DNA of 64,000 nucleotides from NCBI GenBank assembly GCA_013239625.1, contig MU054187.1:11491231-11555230 (forward strand), given 5' to 3'. This document shows positions 12,601-24,424 of the stretch, one piece after another. The notes beneath the pieces are model-generated. The model did no database searches. It was not told the origin of the DNA and saw nothing but the letters and a program-made list of their open reading frames with translations. How positions within the stretch are numbered: the first letter of the stretch is position 1; every line of letters begins with the position of its first letter. The translations under genes were made by a program, and so were the position numbers. This stretch comes from Lama guanicoe. Its lineage: Eukaryota.

Positions 12601-15059
12601 AGAGCCCTCCAGCAGGGGGCCGGCTGTGTGTAACTCTCCATAGTTTTGCTTTCTCCAGCATACATCCTCTGGGTGTTCATTCTGCTCCTTCTTTTTCCTC
12701 TAATGCAGCTTTCCTGGGACCCAGCTTTCACTATCCCTGAGCATCAGAATCAAAGAGCAAGTTCAAGGCCACATCTACAATTCACAAGGGCCATGGACAA
12801 AATCTAGAGAGACCTCACGTTTGTAACTAGAGATCAGAATGTCTACATCACACGGTTGTTGGGAGGATGAGATGAGGAAACAGATATCCAAGGTCCGGCC
12901 TGTTCCCAGCACAGAGGCACTAAGACATTGGCGTGCTTTCTTTCTTTACACAGGGCAGAAGAAAGAAGGAGAAAAAGTAACACAATCACAAACACAAAGA
13001 ATACAAAAGGCCTTCATGATGGTTTTCCTTTTGAAAAGGAAGATGACATTTTCTGAGTCTCCTACAGAGAGGGATGGGAAAACAACAAGATGGGGGTCCA
13101 GTGTCAGGCCCGTCATTTAGTAGCTATATGACCCTGGGCCAAACCTAACAGTCTATGGCTGTCAATGCCCCTCCTGACATGAGCAGAGTAAGCATAATCA
13201 ACACAGGGGAGAACGTGATGACACAGGTGACAGCTCAGGCTGACCCGAGGACTACCCTCATGCCAGTTACAGTTACTGCATCCAGCCATTCACTTACTGT
13301 TACAGCTTCCTTGAGCGTTGCAGTCAACGAATTCAAACCAGATAGAACTTGAAATTTATATATGATAACCTCCAACTTATACAAACCATCTCTTTAAATC
13401 CAGAATCATTTTAATAAAATGATGCGTCCTTCGTACAATGTTTTGAAATGCTTTTATTTATTATTAACATAATACATACTCATTGTAGAAAATTTGGAAA
13501 ATACAAAAAAGGACTAAACAATCAAATTGAACTCACACATAATGCTGCTATCCAAGAACTTCCACCATTGTGCTTTTAGTATATTCTTCCCTTCGGGTCT
13601 TTTTTCAATATGCATATAAATTAACGTTAATAACACAGTGTTGTCAAGACTTTACAGAGAATCCTAAATTCTATTTTTCCTGCTAACATTACATGATGAA
13701 CATTTTCTATTGATTGTGTTAATACAAGGCTACGAATGGCAAATTTGGTCCTGAGCTTACTAATATTCATAGGTTCAAGGCTCATTATGTTTAAACAGAC
13801 ATTGTACATTTTTACAGAGTTCCTCTGATTTGTTTAGATCTCAGTTACAAAATGTAAAACTTATTGGAAAGAAAATTTTCTTACATCCCCTCAGTATTCC
13901 TAAAATGAAGCAAAACAAATTTTGTTCGCATCTTCCAACTAGAGCCAAAAATAGACTGAATCATATACTTATAGCTAGAAACGAACTGTAAGCCAATTAA
14001 TAAAAATAGCCAACATAATCCAAAAACACACATACCTAAGCTCCTTTAAGTAAACTGTTTTTCCTCTACTTTTCAGGAATTTCCTTTAAAATTAGTAATA
14101 TCCATGATGAACTAAAAATCTTGAATGGCATCAAAAAAAATTAAACAATAGGAAAAAAACTTCAGTAGGTTAAACTGTCTGTGAAACATAGAAGAGATGA
14201 ATGATTTAATTAGGGAATTTAGGAACAATCTGGCCGAAAGGCTAGCTGCCCGAGGGCTGATGGTACAGTACTAACTAAACAGTGTCGGGATGGCAAGCTC
14301 AGGAGTGGGGACAAGAGGATGAGATGTACCTTTGGGAAACTGCAGCAAAGCTCTGAATTAACAGGCTATATTTAATTTCTATAGTCTTAGTACCGTGGGG
14401 GTAATAAAACTGTAACGAGAGAAGTGACTTCAGGAGAAAAGCACAACCTCTGAGATTCTGGACTTATGGACTGGTGGACCACTCCATCCAAGAGTCAGTG
14501 ATGAACCCAGAAAACTGAGAGAAGGTTTCTTCGTCATTTCATAGCTCGAGAAATCATCCCCAGAAAAGATCTGCCCCAGAAATTCAAGTCTCAAAACCAG
14601 AAGAGAATATAATAGATTTTAGTTTAAAGTTCAAAGAGATGACACTTGATAAATGAAAGATAATACAGCCAGAATTATTAAATGATTTATCAAGACTGAG
14701 TATACTACTGAAAAATTCTGCACATGGACATCAGATTGAACCCCATATGAAAAAATTATTTGAAGGTAAAGAGCAAATAACTCACAGTATACAATGTGTT
14801 TATACAAAGTGTCGCTTAAGCTACAATTTTCATGCTAAATTCTGGCTCCTTTGGCTGCAAAATGATTAGGACACACCTGTGTGAAATACAGTTCAGCAGA
14901 CACAGAGGGGAAGCAAAACACATTTCTTAATTAAAACTGCAGGGAAATTATGGGTGCTGGGGGTGTAATTACTCGAGTTGGAAATGGGCCAAGATATTAA
15001 CTAGAGTTCGTAGGATCTCTCAGAATGAAAAATTATTAGATTCTCAAATCTGAATTTCT

Positions 15060-15503
15060 TTTTTTCTTTTCTTTTCTTTTATTGTGGTTAGAACACTTAC
15101 CATGAGATCTACTCTCAACAAATTTTTCAGTGCACAACACAGTGTTGCCGACTATAGACCCAAAGCTATACAGCAGATCTCCACAGTTTATTCACCTTGT
15201 TTACTGAAATGTTGTTCCCACTCTAAATTTCCCCCTTCCCCCAGCCCCTGGCAACCACCACTCTGCTCTTTGACTCTATGAATGTAATTACTTTAGATTC
15301 TTCATATAAATGGAATCACGCAACATTCGTCCTTCTGTGACTGGTTTATTTCACCTAGCACAACGTTCTCAAGGTTGATCCATTTTGTCGCATATTACGG
15401 AATTTGTTTAAGGCTGAATATTAGTCTATTATACGTATATATGACATTTTCTTTATCCATTCATCTGTTGATGGACATTTAGGTTGTCTCCACATCTTGG
15501 CTA
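15060..15503 (-). mobile_element. 5'-truncated L1 (L1MA-type 3' end) with target-site duplication
   Basis: T-rich tail at 15060-15082 and L1 3'UTR text 'cccagcccctggcaaccacc...ttctttatccattcatctgttgatggacatttaggttg'. Flanked by tcaaatctgaatttct (15044-15059) and tcaaatctgaactttct (15504-15520). Confidence 0.88.
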
Positions 15504-15809
15504 TCAAATCTGAACTTTCTAAGGGAATCACTATTAACACATCAGGTTCATTCTACAAAAAGAAACTGTGACTCCACTTTGGCTCAACAGGAGAAGTGTA
15601 TCTTCCTAAAACATCCCAACCCCATTCTAGGCACTAAGGTGTCTCCTGAGTGACTTAAAGATGGGTTAGTCATTAACTCCCTGCACGTCGGAAAATTCAC
15701 CATGCTGGTGAACCCGGAGCTTCTCACATAAGCTTTAATAAATGGAATTGGCTTACATATTGTGCTTCCTTCTCTGTGTTTCTTGTCTTTTTTTGAGACA
15801 AGTTAATAA

Positions 15810-16560
15810 TCAAAAGTATTGCACTCAAAGTCAGAGAAACCTGGGTTCCAATCCTAGCTCGATCATTTTCTAGCTGCATGACATTAAGCAAGCTATTTGA
15901 TCCCTCTGAATCTCTTTCTCCTCATATTTGAAATGAGAAAAATAGCATTCAATAGTGATTTAACACTTGCTTACCATTTGCGGGTTTGATCCCATGTTAT
16001 CCTCTCTATAACTCTAAGGGATCAGTACTATTATTAACCCACCTCAATGATGAGGAAATTGAGGCACTGAGAGGTCCAGGAATTTACCAAGAACCTTATT
16101 CAATCTTCACAGCAATTCAACAAGATAGATACCATCAGTGTCCTCACCTTAAAGATGTGGCAGCCAAGCTCAGGAAGGTTACATCATTTGCCCATACTCA
16201 CACGGCTAACACGTGGCAAGGCCAAATACCAGTGCACTACTGGAAGAGATGGATGCACTCTCTACAGCTTTCTGAGCAAGGAGGTGGTGTGTGCGCTTAG
16301 ATGTGTGCTTATATGAAATACAAAACATATACCAGGACCACAGTGTAGCTCTCAAAAAGAACACACACTCTCTAAAATAGATAGTCTGGGTTTCAGTCAG
16401 TTCCACTCCTTATTAACTGATGGCTTTGGGCAAATCATTTACTCTCTAAGCCTCAGTTTCTTTAACTGAAACATGTGGCTAATAACACATACAGCAGAGT
16501 GATGTAAGCATTGTATATAAAAGGTATACCCAAGTGCCAATCACTATACCTGAGCCAAAC
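15810..16560. mobile_element. Cluster of several MIR fragments in both orientations
   Basis: 'cctgggttccaatcctagctc', 'gatgaggaaattgaggcactgagagg', 'ctttgggcaaatcatttactctctaagcctcagtttc'. Confidence 0.7.
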
Positions 16561-16691
16561 AGGCGTCTCACAAAAGCTCCTCTCTTCACTATTACTCCCT
16601 TTATCTCTCTCTTTACTAGCTTTAAAGGTGGAAAAAAAAATCCCACATGCAAGTCTCAAAATCACACTGAACAACACACAGTTTTTACTAG

Positions 16692-16880
16692 GCAGGCCAA
16701 CCATATACTGATGAGCAGGTTGTGCACTGCACAAGAGCACCCAGCCAAGGAAGCAAGGAGAGGCTGACATGTACCCCGTACCCTGCTTGGAAAAGGGGCC
16801 CCATTATTCTTCACACAAAAGTAACTGCTACTCTAAAAGGGTCCAACCTGTGCAGCTGTACCACCCAAAAGTGCTGCCCA
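16692..16880. mobile_element. Old hAT-type MITE (MER91-like)
   Basis: 'gcaggttgtgcactgcacaag' near the left end and partly complementary 'caacctgtgcagctgtac' near the right end. Family assigned from memory. Confidence 0.4.
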
Positions 16881-18045
16881 TAATTCAATTTTAGATAATC
16901 TTCCTAGCAGTATTTGGAGAGCTAGAGAATTCCCCAAGGAAACTGGGGTTTTCTTTCGCTAATTTATAAATGGTGAAATCTGGCTGCAAATACTAGAATG
17001 AACGAATCCCTCTGGCAGCCTCCGGCACTCCTAATCAAGTTTTTTCTTTGTGGAATACAACTAAATGAAAAGAAGTGTACCATAAATCATGGATTTTAGA
17101 TCATTACGATCATCATTCATATCAAGTTCTTAGTAGTTTCAGCATCACTAAATAAGTAACATCCCAGCACAGAGGTAGACGCCAGACATTAATCTTTTTA
17201 AAAAGAAAAAAAGAGTCGCTTTGCAGGATCTAGAAGGGAAGGGAGTAGAAAAAAGAAACTCACTTTTTTCAGCACATACGAAGTGCTAGACTCTGTGTTA
17301 GGGAGTGTCAGAAAAAACCACCCCTTAGGGAATCCTCAAAGTCAAAGCTCTAAACATTTGCCTCTAATATCTGAATTCTTCAAACTGGAGGTTGAAGACC
17401 GAGGAAGGAGAAACTGACTTTTCACTTTTTACCCTCCTGTTGTATTTTAATTTTTCCAACCACATGTGTTTTACTTTAACTATGCCTGTGACCAGGTGTG
17501 ACTGACACTCCTGCCATCTTGTACATGAGGAAACCAAGAGTCAACGACACTAGATAATTTTTTGCAAGGTCACACAGCTAGACAAAGAGGGTGCTAGTAC
17601 TTGCTTTTGAAAATAATACCATCTTCAACTAAGGAGCCTGAGGGGAGAAGGAAGAAAAGTCCAAGGAATTCTTTGGAGACCTGTGTTTTCTCACTGATGA
17701 GGACTACTAGGTTGTCCCACAACAAAAACAAGACTAGGGTAACATCTAAAAAAAAAGCTTGAAGAAAGGGATTTTATTTTTAATGGAACAACCAATACAA
17801 GGCATAGGAAGGGAAGCTGACTTCGGCCAAGGAAATGGACTGCTCAGCAAAGATGAGGGCCGGCTAAGATTGGAGCTCATAAATCTGCAATGGAGCCAAT
17901 GAGCACAATTATATAATTTTTTCCCAGTAGTGCTGGGGAGCCCAGAATCAGTTGATTCAGGGTTGGCAAGACTGATGCAGAGTTAAGCAAAAGCTTGAGA
18001 AGTCTGGAGGGGACTTGCAATTTAAAAGCATTAAGACACTGAGTC

Positions 18046-18576
18046 TGCCTTCCACCGGTGAATTAAAAAAACCGCTGCCTGCCGAATCAGTCAACACAGG
18101 CTGCAGCAACCAGCAAGCCACCCCACCCCCCACCCCGTGCTGAGCCCTGAGGGGACTCGGGATGGAAACAGGAGGCTCTGCCATCGAGCCTTCAGTCTCT
18201 GCAGCCGCCCCCAACAGCGTCCCCTGAGGGGACTCAGGATGGGAAGGAACAGGATCCTGGCCCCAGAGAGGTAAAGTGCACTTCAAAAGACCGATTTCAA
18301 TGAGCCCAGACCCTCGCGTCTTCTCGCACACAGAAAAGCGCTGCACGCATTGACGTGAGGTGTCTGGTTTTCCTGATTTAACAGTAACCTCTTGATGCTC
18401 CGACTACCTGGCCTTTGTTGCAAAACCCCCTATATATCCTGGCTCCTCCCCCACCTCTTCCGAGCAGCCCCTCAGAGCGATCCGAGAGGCCGTCTCCTGG
18501 GCTTGAAGTCCTCACAAAGTCTGCCAAATAAAACATAATCTCAACTTCTAGGTTGTGCATTTTTTTTCAGTCAACA
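18046..18576 (+). mobile_element. Solo ERV LTR (ERV1-like), antisense to SLCO5A1
   Basis: U3-R-U5 order: duplicated 'ccctgaggggactc(g/a)ggatgg..aacagga' unit, TATATA at 18431-18436, AATAAA at 18527-18532, 3' terminus ...ttttcagtcaaCA at 18576. The left end is approximate, and no PBS or internal region follows. Confidence 0.8.
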
Positions 18577-18599
18577 CAGCCCTTCTGAGAATACACTTA

Positions 18600-18915
18600 A
18601 AATAAGCGCGAGTATGAGTAAAAGGAATAAAGCCAGAAAAAAGAAAGGGCGCGAGTGACACCAAACCCCATAAAAATGCCAAGCGGGCAGGCAAGGGCGA
18701 AAGCGAAAGAGCAGAGGCCGCCTCGGAGCAGCGCAGCCCGCCCCCCGGGGCCGCGACGGGGCTCTGAGCTCGAGCGCAGCGGGTGCAACGCGGGCAGAAG
18801 CGAGCGGGAAGCTGAAAGTCATGGGGCTCACTGGCGATCAGAGGGAGAGAAGGCTGTCCTTCCATTCTCTATCCACTCACTTCCATCCCCAATTCAGAGC
18901 CCCGATCGATCGTCA
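18600..18915. promoter_or_regulatory. Intronic CpG-island-like segment
   Basis: About 26 CpG in about 310 bp by manual count, with a very GC-rich core at 18680-18810, against a CpG-poor intron background. Confidence 0.7.
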
Positions 18916-18939
18916 GAAAGCTCTTCCCTAAAGAAACTG

Positions 18940-19116
18940 GAGTGGGGGAGGGTACAGCTCAAGCGGTAGAGCGCACACTTAGCACGCACGAGGTCGTGGA
19001 TTCAATCCTTCACTTAAAAAAGAAAAAACTAGTAATAAATAAATAGACCTGATGACCTCTCCCCCCCCAAATAAAATAATAAAAATAAATAAATAATTTT
19101 TAAAAGAGAGAGGAAA
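18940..19116 (+). mobile_element. tRNA-Ala-derived SINE (camelid Vic-1-like), copy A
   Basis: Head 'ggggagggtacagctcaagcggtagagcgcacacttagcacgcacgaggtcgtggattcaatcc' with A and B boxes and an A-rich tail. TSD aaagaaactg at 18930-18939 and 19117-19126. Confidence 0.88.
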
Positions 19117-20200
19117 AAAGAAACTGAAAAGAATTTTTAGAGCTAAGCGTCTACCTTAGATGTTGACAACTCAGAATAAAACTCCCTCATTCTTGTATGG
19201 GGGGCGGGGAGGGACACATAACCTGAAAGATGCTAGACTGAGAACTGTCAACCTGTAAAACCCAGAGTGAACAGACAGAAAAATCGACCCTAAAAATCAA
19301 GTGATAAAATGTGAGGCACAGAAAAAAAGTAAAAACAAAATTCGAATTATATGCACAAAAAGATCTAGAAGACATTACTCCCAAGAAAACAAAGTCATGA
19401 TGTCAGGAAAAGGGGACAGACACTCAGAATACAACAAAGAAAAAAAGAAATCATTCTCAAAATTTTTAATTTACATAAAGAATAAAAAAATCAGGTTTAG
19501 AAAAATCTCTTCTTGTGGCAAAGGATGTATGAAAAATGAGAGAACAAACTAAACACACAAGCCACCTGTGTATAAGTTCCAATGTCTGATTAACAGGTGT
19601 TCTCGACAAGACAGGGATAATGAAGAGGAAAGAATGAGTAAAGCTATAGAAGAAAGTTTCCCTGGGGTAAAAATATGTGTGTGTGTCTGTGTGTGTTACA
19701 TTAAAAGGGTCCCAAGAGGGTCTAATACGATGAATGAACAAAGTCCTGGGCCAAAACATTCATGCATCCATCCATTCATGCATGCAAGAAGCATTGTTTT
19801 AGAATGATGACGGAGGATTAAGTTAAAGTCTGCGAAATGAACAGTGGGACCCAGGCCCCTTCCAGCCACCACCCCCCAGCTCTAGAAGACCAGCAGCCAC
19901 GCTTCCTACCCTGAAGCCACCCCAACACGGCCCGAGCCGAGAGACAGGAGCACCTGAAGCACCTCATAATCATAACCTGCGAACATCAAAAAAGGATTTG
20001 ACCACAACTTTGAAGCAAATGCTGAACTCCTCGTTTACTGAGACAGGAAGTCATGAATAAGGTCCCAACTTGGTTCATTTATCTAGAGGTCAATACTAGA
20101 AGAAATAACTACAAAGGATTTTAAATTATTGCCCCTGGGAAGCAGGGGTCGTCAGGAGACTAGTGGCTTTTTCCTATTTGTTTATTTTTAACACTTGCTC

Positions 20201-20346
20201 TATTTTATTTTATTTTATTGGAGGGAAGAGGTAATTAGGCTTGTTTATTTAATTATTTTTTTAATGGAGGTACTGGGGATTGAACCCAAGACCTCACGCA
20301 TGCTAGGAGTGTGTTCTACCACTTGAGCTATATCCTACCCCCCTCC
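20201..20346 (-). mobile_element. tRNA-Ala-derived SINE (Vic-1-like), copy B
   Basis: Reverse complement reads 'tatagctcaagtggtagaacacactcctagcatgcgtgaggtcttgggttcaatccccagtacctcca' with the same bipartite tail as copy A. Confidence 0.88.
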
Positions 20347-20550
20347 TACTAATTTTTAAAATTCTACTAATGTTTTCCAGTTATAATAAAAAACAATTTG
20401 ATAGAAATTGAAATTATTCTTAATGTATCAGTGATGACTAATAGCAATGCTAACCAACACTGGGCACTTCCTGTATGCCAGGAGAGCCGGGAGTTTTACA
20501 CGTGTTTCTGGTGTAACCCTTTCCTGGGATCTTCTACAGTCATTAACTAC

Positions 20551-20873
20551 TGCAACAGACTAAATGTTTGGGTCCCTGAAAAATTCGTATGTTGAAAGCT
20601 AATCCCCAACGTGACAGTACTTGGAGGTGGAACCTTTGGGAGGTGATTAGGTCATCAGGGTGGAGCCCTCAGGAATGGGATCAGAGCCTTTAGAAGAGGA
20701 CCCTAGCAGGATGCCTCACCCTGTCCACCTTGTGAGGACACAGCAGATGAACCAGGAAGCAGGCTCTCACAAGACACCGAATCTGCTGGCACCGTGACCT
20801 TGGACTTCCCAGCCTCCCAAACTACAAGAAATAAATTTCTGTTCTTTCTAAGCCACCTAGTCTGTGACTAAGA
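20551..20873 (+). mobile_element. MaLR LTR (MLT1A-like)
   Basis: 'aaattcgtatgttgaa..ctaatcccca...cctttgggaggtgattaggtcat...ccttggacttcccagcctcc..aact..aagaaataaatttctgtt'. Confidence 0.88.
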
Positions 20874-20889
20874 TCTGATATGTGTGATC

Positions 20890-21035
20890 TGTATCTCAGT
20901 TCTGCCATCAGTAAAATCAGGATAATAATAGTACCTACCTGACAGGGCTGTTGTAAGGATTAATGAGTTAATATATGTACAGCATTTAGAAGAATGCTTG
21001 GCATGCAGTAGTGTTAATATAAAGCTTAGCTATGC
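20890..21035 (+). mobile_element. MIR SINE 3' part
   Basis: 'gtaaaatcaggataataatagtacctacctgacagggctgttgtaaggattaatgagttaata'. Confidence 0.75.
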
Positions 21036-21593
21036 TCTAAATATTATTATTATGACGATGATGATGATGATGACAGAAAGATCTCCAACCTATATTGTTA
21101 TACTTAAAAAAAGCCCAGTAAAGTAGGTATGGAATGCTGCTATCTTTTGGATATAAAACAGGGAACATTGAAAATCCATTATTCATTGTTTCTTGTATAC
21201 AGAAGCCTTGGCAGGAGACACAAGAACTAAATTAAAGTGGTTGCCTGGTTTGTTTTTGGGGAGAAGTGGGGTGGGGGACTTAGGGTACACCATATTTTCC
21301 ATCGAATTTTGTTTTTTGAAACTATGCGAATGTATCATCTATTCAAAACAGTACACTAAAGAAAAAGAACAGTTTCCATTATGCCAACAAGCATTTCCTC
21401 CTCATGTGCAGTAATCCAAGTGCCACGGGATACACTCTGTGAGGGTCAAAAGGGATACAGTCAAAGGAGAGACCCCAAGGGTGCAGCCCCACGGGGAGGG
21501 AGGGGCACAAGCCGGACCCTGAGATCCAAACACCGCAGGGCTTTGCACTTAAATCATGATCAGGATGAGATGAAGCACTTCCAAGATACTTAC

Positions 21594-21792
21594 CCTGTCG
21601 TGTAAGGGATGTTTATGCCCCCTAGATTAATACTTTCACATCCAACAATAAACAGGGTTGAAAAGCACAGTAAAGACACACCACTGCAGATCATTGCTAG
21701 TTTTGCAGACTCTCTTGCACCAAGTTTCAATTTTTTTATGATGTAGCCTCCCAGGACAATCCCAACGCCGGCACTGGGGACAATGATAACGC
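21594..21792 (-). CDS. SLCO5A1: SLCO5A1 coding exon 6 (199 nt)
   Basis: (G)VIIVPSAGVGIVLGGYIIKKLKLGARESAKLAMICSGVSLLCFSTLFIVGCESINLGGINIPYTT(G). Acceptor ctctccAG at 21794-21793, donor GTAAGT at 21593-21588. Confidence 0.97.
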
Positions 21793-22099
21793 CTGGAGAG
21801 AAGAAAGAAAGGACGGGGTTAATACGAAGCAATGCAAACTCATTCGTTTTCTAATTATTCTGTTACTACTTACTTATTAGCACTAAGGTAAAGAATTTTT
21901 TAAATACTGTAATCAATAAATCTTCAATGTTTGTGATTTTACGGTATAATTTATTTTCAACCCATACAACCAACAAAGAACTCACAACTAGAATGTGAAA
22001 ACACTTACAAAGTCATAAAATGAAGACAAGCAGAAAGCGAGCAAAACTTAAATGGCCCTTCGCTCAGGAGGAAATGCAGCTGACCCACTGAGACAGAAA

Positions 22100-22880
22100 G
22101 GGGCTCTGCCTCCTTATGACCAGGGAATACAAATTCAAGCCACGCTGAAATACGGCTCCATGCCAATGACGTCGGTAAAAACTGAAAAGTCTGACAAGAC
22201 CACATACTGGCAAAGATACAGAGCAAGGGGCACTCTCCACACGGCTGATGGGATGTAAATTGTGGCAAGAGTTTTGAAAGACAGTTTGGCATCATCTGGT
22301 AGAGCTGAAGAGATACATGCCCTGTGACAGGCAATTCCATCCCCGGATCCACCCCCTGAAGAAACTCATGCACGTAGGGACCACCGGAAATGTACAAGAT
22401 CCCGGAAGCACCACAACAGCCCCAAATAGAAACAAACCAAACGTCCATTAATAGATGCATTACATGCAGTAAAGTCACGTAATGAGATGCCACAATACAG
22501 TAATAAAAATTGAGACATGTAATTATATATGAACACAATGTCGGATGAAGGATGCAAAACACAACAGGAAACATGACCCGACAGTATCTGTGTAAAGTTC
22601 AAAAACAGGTAAAACTAAATGAGTTGTTTAGAAATGAATATACAGGTGGTGCAACTATGAAGAAAACCCAGGAAGTAATTACCACAAAAGCCAAGATAGT
22701 CGGGGGATGGGTGGGATCAGGAAGGGATACAGGGGGCTCCTGGAGGGCTGAAAATACTCCATCCCATGACCTGAGTTGAGTAACAGTTACACAGTGTTCA
22801 ATTTATGATTACTTATTATCTCTAAGTTTTGATTAATGCACTTCTGTATGCATTATATTTGACAATAAAAAAGAAAAAAG
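22100..22880 (+). mobile_element. Old L1 (L1MD/ME-like) ORF2 end and 3' UTR
   Basis: 'ggctgatgggatgtaaattg...gacagtttggca...gcaattcca...aaagttcaaaaacaggtaaaactaa', ending in aataaaaaagaaaaaa. Confidence 0.75.
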
Positions 22881-22959
22881 CTAGAATAGTCACATTGCCA
22901 GCCCCATGAACCTGACAATCTAAAAGAGAAACAAACAAAACAAATTAGAGGCTAATAAG

Positions 22960-24150
22960 ACAGTTATACCAAGGGCAGGGAGAATACAGGGAAAGAAGCA
23001 CCTGAGTCTTCCCTGAGAGAAATCAGGGAGGACTTCACAGAAGAGGCAGTATTTGAGTTGACACTCCAATGATGAAACAGAATCTGTCCAGTGCACCAGC
23101 ACAGAGAGATATCCTGCACAATGGGAATTCGTGCAAAGAGGTATGTGATAACAGAATTGAAGATTCAGAGTAGCTCAAAGCACTGGGAGTGTGGAATGCA
23201 AGCCCCTGGGGGACATGGGCAAGAGACACAAGGCAGAGTGAGACCATGAAGGATCAGGGAGAGGAGCCCAGGTCGTACCTCTGGGCAATGGGAGGCCTGG
23301 AAGAATCTGAGCTGGGGTCTGAGAGGACAGGAGGTGGGTGTGACAATGATCGTTGCCAGTGGTGAGATGGAAGACAGCTAGATGGAGTCAAAACTAGAGT
23401 CAGAGATGTGGTCAGGAGGGTAACTACAAAGGAACATGTGAGCCATGGTCAAGCTCTACCCTGATAGCACAGTTCATGAGCTGGGAGGAGGAGGGGAGAC
23501 ACCCAGAAGGCAGGAGGGATCCAGAAGCAGCTCACAGATGCCATGGCAGACGCACCGAGTGTGACGGGCCTGTGGTCCCATCAGGGAGCCAGGCCTCACA
23601 CAGCTGTCTCTGCACCCCAAGCCCAGCAAGACCAGGTCTGGGGCACTTACAGCCGGTGGTGGAATTCATGGCATAGACAGGACGTTCCAACAAGACTGAA
23701 ATCAGAAGAGCAGAGTCAGATGAAGACGGAAAGGAGATGACTCCATCACTGGAGAGCTTGCCAAGAGCAATGTTCAGGGCGCTGTGAAGGTAGAAGTCAG
23801 ATGCCATGGGTTGAACCATCAGCCATGGGGATTAAGAGACTGGAATTCAGACTCTTTCTACAACAGACTAGAAAAGGAAAAAACGGGTGTGGGTCTAGAA
23901 TTAGAGTGGGTCTAAGGTAGATCTGGAGCTTGGGGAGTCTGTTTGCTAATAGTATGGAGGGGATTTAACCATATTTATATGCTCACAAAAGGGTGCTAAA
24001 AAGGAATGAGTGGTTCAATGTGCCAAGGCAAGATCCTTGAGAAGTAAAGAGAATATAGAATTAATAGCACAGATGATCAGACTAGCCCTGGAGAGGGAGG
24101 AGAGGCGCCTGCATCTGGGCTGGGAATAAGATTCGGGAGGGGTGGAGGTG
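22960..24150 (-). mobile_element. Degenerate L2 fragments
   Basis: 'tcagggaggacttcacagaagaggcagtatttgagttg', 'gcaatgggaggcc.ggaag', with a purine-rich + strand typical of antisense L2. Confidence 0.55.
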
Positions 24151-24365
24151 GGGGATACATCAGTGGGTGGGTGGTGGTGCCTCAAATGGTAGTTTTTCTG
24201 TTTTGTTGTTATTGTTATTTTGAAAACATCATGCAATACACATTGTAATAGAACACTTGAAAAACACAGAGAAACACAAACTGCCAGCTTACATTCTGGT
24301 ATATTTCACTCCAGTCTTTTTTCTATGCTTTTTTTTCGCTTCAAGAATTGATAACATGCTGTAGA

Positions 24366-24368
<3 letters not shown>

Positions 24369-24424
<56 letters not shown>
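24369..24424. repeat. (TG)n microsatellite running into the assembly gap
   Basis: 28 TG units before the Ns. Confidence 0.97.

Noticed and set aside
18548..18969. Several overlapping 60-105-aa ORFs in the CpG-rich segment
   Set aside because: High GC content depletes stop codons, and the products are low-complexity Arg/Ala/Pro strings.
22005..22574. 189-aa minus-strand ORF
   Set aside because: Antisense reading of a decayed L1 fragment.
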